From NCBI GenBank assembly GCA_042408215.1, contig JAYFMW010000028.1, forward strand, positions 192,001 to 256,000: a stretch of DNA of 64,000 nt, given 5' to 3'. The notes under the pieces are model-generated. The model saw only the letters and a program-made list of their open reading frames with translations. It did not search any database and was not told the origin of the DNA. Positions 59,204 to 64,000 of this stretch are shown piece after piece (within the stretch, counting starts at the first letter, position 1; each line of letters begins with the position of its first letter). This DNA comes from Microcoleus sp. (GTDB taxonomy: Bacteria > Cyanobacteriota > Cyanobacteriia > Cyanobacteriales > Microcoleaceae). Both the position numbers and the translations under genes were made by a program.

Positions 59204-59458
59204 TTAAAGTATTTCTAATAAAAGCAGCAAAATTGCTAAAGAGCTAGTAAAAACAAGAGTTTTTGGTATTTTTTAACTCAAAAACCAGAGATTATTGCTA
59301 ATATATCTAGTTTGAGCAGTATTTTTGCGGTTGTCGATCTGGCTAATGTGCGATCGGCACTTCCCTCACCGCATATATTATCAAAAGCCTCAAAATACTA
59401 ATGTAACTATTCTCAAATAACTTCCTGAACAATCCACACTCAAGGAGACCCGCCAACG

Positions 59459-60091
59459 GTGCAACAATCAACACCAGACTCAACTACCGATTTAGCTCCA
59501 TCTGAATTTCCCAGACAGTTAGATATTGCTCAAGTTTCCATCTACGGACTGAGCTTTTTATCCGCTGGTTTATTTCTGTTTTTACCTCTAGTCAACCTCT
59601 TGCATCCCAGCCCTTGGCAGCGATGGATGGGAACAATTCACGGCATGGGTGCAATGTGCGCCTTACTGGTAATGGTTTATACAGGACATTTGGCATTTCC
59701 CTTGTTGCGGGGGGCCAGTAAAATCTTGCCACAAATGCGAACCTTAGCCTTTTGGTCAACTATTTTGAGCTTTTTGGCCATTGCTACTGGTAACTGGGCT
59801 TATATGCGTTATCGAGCCGGTATAAATTTCGGCGGAGCTAGGGCTTTGCTGAAAGAAAACTCACCTTTAGGGCAGTACGTTTTGATGGAATATCACGAAT
59901 TTAGCGTGCTATTTACATTGCCTTTGACAGTAGCTTGTACGTGGATTTTGTGGAACTATGGCGACTCAATTTTAGAAAAGAAAAATCGCCCCGTTTTAAC
60001 AGCTACCTGCGTGGCTTTGATGGCAATCATGTTTTTTGCAATGGGTGGCATGGTGAGCGGGCTTGGCGTCGCTAAAATTCAAGCCCTGTAG
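59459..60091 (+). CDS. Hypothetical polytopic membrane protein (His/Met-containing helices)
   Basis: AAGGAG RBS before GTG; about 5 TM; TIHG, YTGH, GNWAYMRYRA, MEYHE. Confidence 0.8.
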   Translation: MQQSTPDSTTDLAPSEFPRQLDIAQVSIYGLSFLSAGLFLFLPLVNLLHPSPWQRWMGTIHGMGAMCALLVMVYTGHLAFPLLRGASKILPQMRTLAFWSTILSFLAIATGNWAYMRYRAGINFGGARALLKENSPLGQYVLMEYHEFSVLFTLPLTVACTWILWNYGDSILEKKNRPVLTATCVALMAIMFFAMGGMVSGLGVAKIQAL

Positions 60092-60157
60092 TTAATAGTT
60101 AGTTAACTCTATTAGCAACGGCTAATTACCACTTACAAAAATTAGGAGAGTTGGGAC

Positions 60158-60631
60158 ATGACTAGACAATTAGTCCGCCAAAATAATGCGGGTCAGGAAC
60201 CTTTATACGGGAGATTTTGGAGCAAATTAAAACACTTTCCGAGCGGTTTAGCCGAAGGCTCAGAAACAGCACCTAGTTTTTCCGGGCCTGCAGCAGCCGC
60301 AGTCATTAGTGCAGCAATTGGTTGTTTTACAATGATGGTAACTCACCATTTGTCAGACACATCTAAAGCCACAGAAAAAATTGTTTGGAATCTCGGTACT
60401 TGGATTCCCGGAAGCAAGACTGATAGCGAATTGTGGGGAAATATCGGCAGTTACACAGGCAAAGAAACTATGTTGCTTGTGGGTTGGCTGATTAGTTGGC
60501 CAATTCTCCATACTCTCTGGAAAAATAAGAACATTAAAAGCCGCACCATATTTTTCTGGATGTTTGCTTTGTTAGTTGCAGCCACAGCTATGTGTTGGCA
60601 TCCTCTTTTCCCCTATTTGCCGTTAACTTAA
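60158..60631 (+). CDS. Hypothetical membrane protein
   Basis: AGGAG RBS; about 3 TM; GPAAAA..MVTHH, GSYTGKE..WLISWPILH. Confidence 0.8.
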   Translation: MTRQLVRQNNAGQEPLYGRFWSKLKHFPSGLAEGSETAPSFSGPAAAAVISAAIGCFTMMVTHHLSDTSKATEKIVWNLGTWIPGSKTDSELWGNIGSYTGKETMLLVGWLISWPILHTLWKNKNIKSRTIFFWMFALLVAATAMCWHPLFPYLPLT

Positions 60632-60645
60632 TTAATGCGAGGTTG

Positions 60646-61392
60646 ATGATGGAAACAAAAAATAAGCCGCTCCCAGCTAGGGAGATGCACAAAATAGTTT
60701 GGGTTAGCGTCGGAGTTTTGACTCTTTTCTTTATGACTTTTCCCATCGCAATGTGGCGCGTTAGCCAAAAAGAAAAGTTTCGCGGTTTTCACCTCAAGTC
60801 TTTCACGATTGAGGGGCAAAATCCCGCTAATGCTGTTGCTAATGCTGTTGCTAACGGGCTGGCGCAACCAGCTATTGCCAGTAGCAGTGCGCTTCCGGCT
60901 GCAAATAATTCCAATTTAGCTGTTGACACCCAAAAACAACTGCCTGACAAGTCTCTAGAGGTTTTACCTTTCACTAATACGTCTACTGAAACGGCTATTG
61001 CGAGTAGCCCTACAGATAAGACAGTCGAAGCTGTACCTGTATCAGCAGCTCAGCAGGAAGTTCAGGCGGTGGATGGAACAAATCAGACAGCAGAAATTAC
61101 GGATCGCACTAAACTAGATGAGTTAGCTCTGAAACTGTACGATCGCATAAATCAGACTTGGCAAACTAGCCCCACCTTCAATCAAAATCTAGTCTATCGG
61201 GTGGGTGTTAGTCAAGATGGGGCGATCGGCAATTTCGAGCCCCTCAATCAACCAGCCAAGGATTACGCCCAAGAAACTCCCCTGCCAAATCTGCTCAATT
61301 CTTCCGAAACTACCAGCAGCAACAGTGCAGCACCAGTCGCTAAGTTTACTGTAGTATTTGCTCCTACTGGAACCTTAGAAGTTAACCCGTAA
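60646..61392 (+). CDS. Single-pass membrane protein with a low-complexity linker and a C-terminal domain resembling that of DUF4335 proteins
   Basis: TM near N-terminus; LYDRINQTW..LVYRVGV..ETPLPNL..FTVVF..GTLEVNP; family link from memory, unverified. Confidence 0.6.
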   Translation: MMETKNKPLPAREMHKIVWVSVGVLTLFFMTFPIAMWRVSQKEKFRGFHLKSFTIEGQNPANAVANAVANGLAQPAIASSSALPAANNSNLAVDTQKQLPDKSLEVLPFTNTSTETAIASSPTDKTVEAVPVSAAQQEVQAVDGTNQTAEITDRTKLDELALKLYDRINQTWQTSPTFNQNLVYRVGVSQDGAIGNFEPLNQPAKDYAQETPLPNLLNSSETTSSNSAAPVAKFTVVFAPTGTLEVNP

Positions 61393-61511
61393 CTCACCTG
61401 CAAAATCTATCCGGTAAGGTGCTTAGGGCACACCTTACTTTGAATTTTTAACTTAAATGTGATACTCTTATAAAGAGCATCCTGTAAGGTCTTCTACATC
61501 TAAAACAACAA

Positions 61512-61946
61512 ATGAAAGAACTTGACGATAAAAAAACCCAGGAACTGCTATGTACCATCATGGAATGGGAACTAGCAGGAGTCGTGCGCTACACCCACTA
61601 TGCACTCATGGTGACAGGGCCAAACCGGATTCCCATCGTGCAGTTTTTTCAAGCACAAGCAACCGAATCCCTACTCCACGCCCAACAAGCCGGAGAAATT
61701 TTAACAGGTTTAGACGGACATCCCAGCCAGAAAATTGCTCCCATAGAAGAAACCTACAAACACTCCATCAAAGACTTGTTAGAAGAAAGCTTAAATCACG
61801 AGAAAAAAGCGCTCGACAAGTACAAATCATTACTTGAAGTCGTCACCGACTCCAGCGTTTATCTAGAAGAATATGCCCGCACCCTGATTGGACAAGAAGA
61901 ATTGCACCAAGTAGAACTGAAAAAAATGCTGCGGGATTACAGTTGA
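61512..61946 (+). CDS. Ferritin-like/bacterioferritin-family protein
   Basis: Di-iron pattern E(WELAG), ESLLH, E(HEKKA), EELH. Confidence 0.9.
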   Translation: MKELDDKKTQELLCTIMEWELAGVVRYTHYALMVTGPNRIPIVQFFQAQATESLLHAQQAGEILTGLDGHPSQKIAPIEETYKHSIKDLLEESLNHEKKALDKYKSLLEVVTDSSVYLEEYARTLIGQEELHQVELKKMLRDYS

Positions 61947-62681
61947 GTTAGTCATTAGTCCTTAGTCCTTAGTTACTCCCGAACCGCATTAAGAGTACCT
62001 AATCCTTTTCTTCTTTCTCTTCCTTCGCGTCCTTCGCGCCTTCGCGGTTCAATAATAAAAGGACTCAGGACTAACCACAAATTAGCAGTTATCAAAAAAT
62101 GAACTTTACTGAAGCCATCCCAACATTTGTAATCACCCTCCGCGAAGGCGTAGAAGCCGCCTTAGTCGTCGGAATAGTCCTAGCTTGCTTAAAAAAAGCA
62201 GAGCAAAGTCACCTCAATTCTTGGGTTTATACAGGTATCGGAGCCGGCATTGCTGCTAGCGCTTGTGTAGGTGCATTATTCAATCAGTTACTCCAAGTAG
62301 AACTGAAAAAAATGCTGCGGGATTACAGTTGAGTTAGTCATTAGTCCTTAGTCCTTAGTTACTCCCGAACCGCATTAAGAGTACCTAATCCTTCTCTTCT
62401 TTCTTTTCCTTCGCGTCCTTCGCGCCTTCGCGGTTCAATAATAAAAGGACTCAGGACTAACCACAAATTAGCAGTTATCAAAAAATGAACTTTACTGAAG
62501 CCATCCCAACATTTGTAATCACCCTCCGCGAAGGCGTAGAAGCCGCCTTAGTCGTCGGAATAGTCCTAGCTTGCTTAAAAAAAGCAGAGCAAAGTCACCT
62601 CAATTCTTGGGTTTATACAGGTATCGGAGTCGGCATTGCTGCTAGCGCTTGTGTAGGTGCATTATTCAATCAGTTACTCCA
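61907..62681. repeat. 386-bp tandem duplication (61907-62292 / 62293-62678)
   Basis: Ferritin 3' end + intergenic region + FTR1 5' end repeated; 3 SNPs seen. Confidence 0.97.
62099..62332 (+). pseudogene. Chimeric duplicate: FTR1 N-terminus fused in frame to the ferritin C-terminal 12 aa
   Basis: MNFTEA..REGVE..NQLL + QVELKKMLRDYS. Confidence 0.85.
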
Positions 62682-63441
62682 CGTACTCTCAACATCAAAT
62701 CAGCCTTACGCACCAGTAATCAAGCAATTGCTCGAAGGTTCTCTGGGAATTGTCGCCATAGTAATGCTAAGCTGGATGCTAATTTGGATGACTCAGCAAG
62801 CGCGCTTTCTCAAAGCTGAAGTGGAAGGAGCCGTTACAGCAGCTTTGAAAGAAAATACTAATGCTGGCTGGGGCGTATTCGGCTTAATTTTGATCGCTGT
62901 ACTTCGCGAAGGTTTTGAAACAGTTATATTTGTCAGCGCTCAATTTCAACAAGGTTTCACTCCGGCTTTAGGTGCTTTGGGCGGTTTGCTTGGGGCTGCA
63001 ATCATTGGCGCGCTAATCTTCAAGTGGGGTGTCAAAATTGAGCTCCGCCAGTTTTTCAAGTTTATGGGGATTTTGTTGCTGCTAATTGTAGCGGGTTTAG
63101 CAGTATCTGCACTCAAACATTTTGACCAAGCTGCTGCCATTTTGTCCCAGACGGATAGCAAGTATGCAGGGATTTGTGTTTATTTCGATCGCACTTCACA
63201 ACTCCACTCCTGTATTTTAGGCCCGATGGTCTGGAATGCAGCCGCAATTTTGCCCGATCGCCAATTTCCCGGAATCCTCCTCAAAGCACTATTTGGCTAC
63301 AGAGAGCGACTGTATCTTTTGCAAGCCGTTGGTTATACAATATTCTTAGTCACAGTCGGCCCCCTTTACTTCCAAAAATTAGGCGGCCAGCCAAATGTTG
63401 CCAGCAAAATTACTGAGTCTGCTAAAGAGCAAGCCAGCTAA
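62485..63441 (+). CDS. ftr1: FTR1/EfeU family iron permease
   Basis: Two REGxE motifs (REGVE, REGFE), about 7 TM. Confidence 0.95.
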   Translation: MNFTEAIPTFVITLREGVEAALVVGIVLACLKKAEQSHLNSWVYTGIGVGIAASACVGALFNQLLHVLSTSNQPYAPVIKQLLEGSLGIVAIVMLSWMLIWMTQQARFLKAEVEGAVTAALKENTNAGWGVFGLILIAVLREGFETVIFVSAQFQQGFTPALGALGGLLGAAIIGALIFKWGVKIELRQFFKFMGILLLLIVAGLAVSALKHFDQAAAILSQTDSKYAGICVYFDRTSQLHSCILGPMVWNAAAILPDRQFPGILLKALFGYRERLYLLQAVGYTIFLVTVGPLYFQKLGGQPNVASKITESAKEQAS

Positions 63442-63553
63442 TTCTCGGTAGTTGTCCCGGCGGTCGGTTTTTTCGGTGATTTACCTCCAGGGCGAGGGCA
63501 AAATTTTACCCAGAGATAAAAAAAAATCGGCCCAAATTTTCGGGTTTTGGGAT

Positions 63554-63667
63554 TGACTTCTTGATATTTGTATGATACCATTAGATAATGGAAATATTGA
63601 CATTTTTAGGCACAAGTAGTCATACTCCCATTATCTAATTATACAGTCAAGAGCCAAAAAAAGCAAG
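63554..63667. promoter_or_regulatory. Diverged second member of the face-to-face promoter / inverted-repeat element
   Basis: Plus: TTGACT-N17-TACCAT; minus: TTGCTT-N18-TATAAT; IR ATTAGATAATGG..CCATTATCTAAT. Confidence 0.55.
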
Positions 63668-63899
63668 GGCTAACCCTCAAAAAAACCCAAATTTTTTTTT
63701 CTCCCTTTAACAATTTTTAACCCAATTGTCTAATTTTCGCCTTAAAGACAGCGCTCGACCTGGAACTCAAAGGAAGCAGACTATTGAATGTGCGTGACTC
63801 CAAAGCAAGCTCGACTAATTTGGCATCCCATCGAGGCCCAGTCGGCTCTCAAATTTCCCAGAGAAGCACAGTCGGAGCCGGTGAAAGCGCCCGCACATT

Positions 63900-64000
63900 C
63901 GATCGCCAATTTCCCGGAATCCTCCTCAAAGCACTATTTGGCTACAGAGAGCGACTGTATCTTTTGCAAGCCGTTGGTTATACAATATTCTTAGTCACAG
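63900..64000 (+). repeat. Second copy of the FTR1 3' region (copy of 63255-63355), running off the window
   Basis: CGATCGCCAATTTCCCGGAATCC..TTAGTCACAG identical at a 645-bp offset. Confidence 0.95.

Overview
This is chromosomal DNA of a filamentous cyanobacterium, probably Oscillatoriales/Microcoleus-like; that assignment is inferred from the many HIP1 octamers (GCGATCGC), the heptameric STRR runs and the gene content. Housekeeping genes are scpA (partial), a cugP-like nucleotidyltransferase, speA, hli, tRNA-Leu(CAA), murA, smc and aroA. There is a surface-glycan modification cluster (18-32 kb), a type I secretion plus glycosyltransferase cluster (32-45 kb), a Ni/Co ECF transporter (cbiMQO-type) and, divergent from it, a putative Fur-regulated iron operon (two unknown membrane proteins, a single-pass protein, a ferritin-like protein, FTR1). 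The non-coding DNA is the most unusual part. It holds (i) a protein-less IscB-type omegaRNA/HEARO element, an intact tnpB element with IS608-like ends and a tnpB 3' remnant; (ii) an element family in which two face-to-face sigma70-like promoters flank an inverted repeat, and both occurrences lie inside tandemly duplicated DNA (533 bp x3 within the cbi operon; a 645-bp-offset duplication at the window end); (iii) further tandem amplifications (110 bp x9.4, 35 bp x10, 21 bp x13 in-frame, 386 bp x2 making a chimeric ORF); and (iv) MITEs and three disrupted genes. There is no CRISPR array. All calls are by eye from the sequence; no database search was run.
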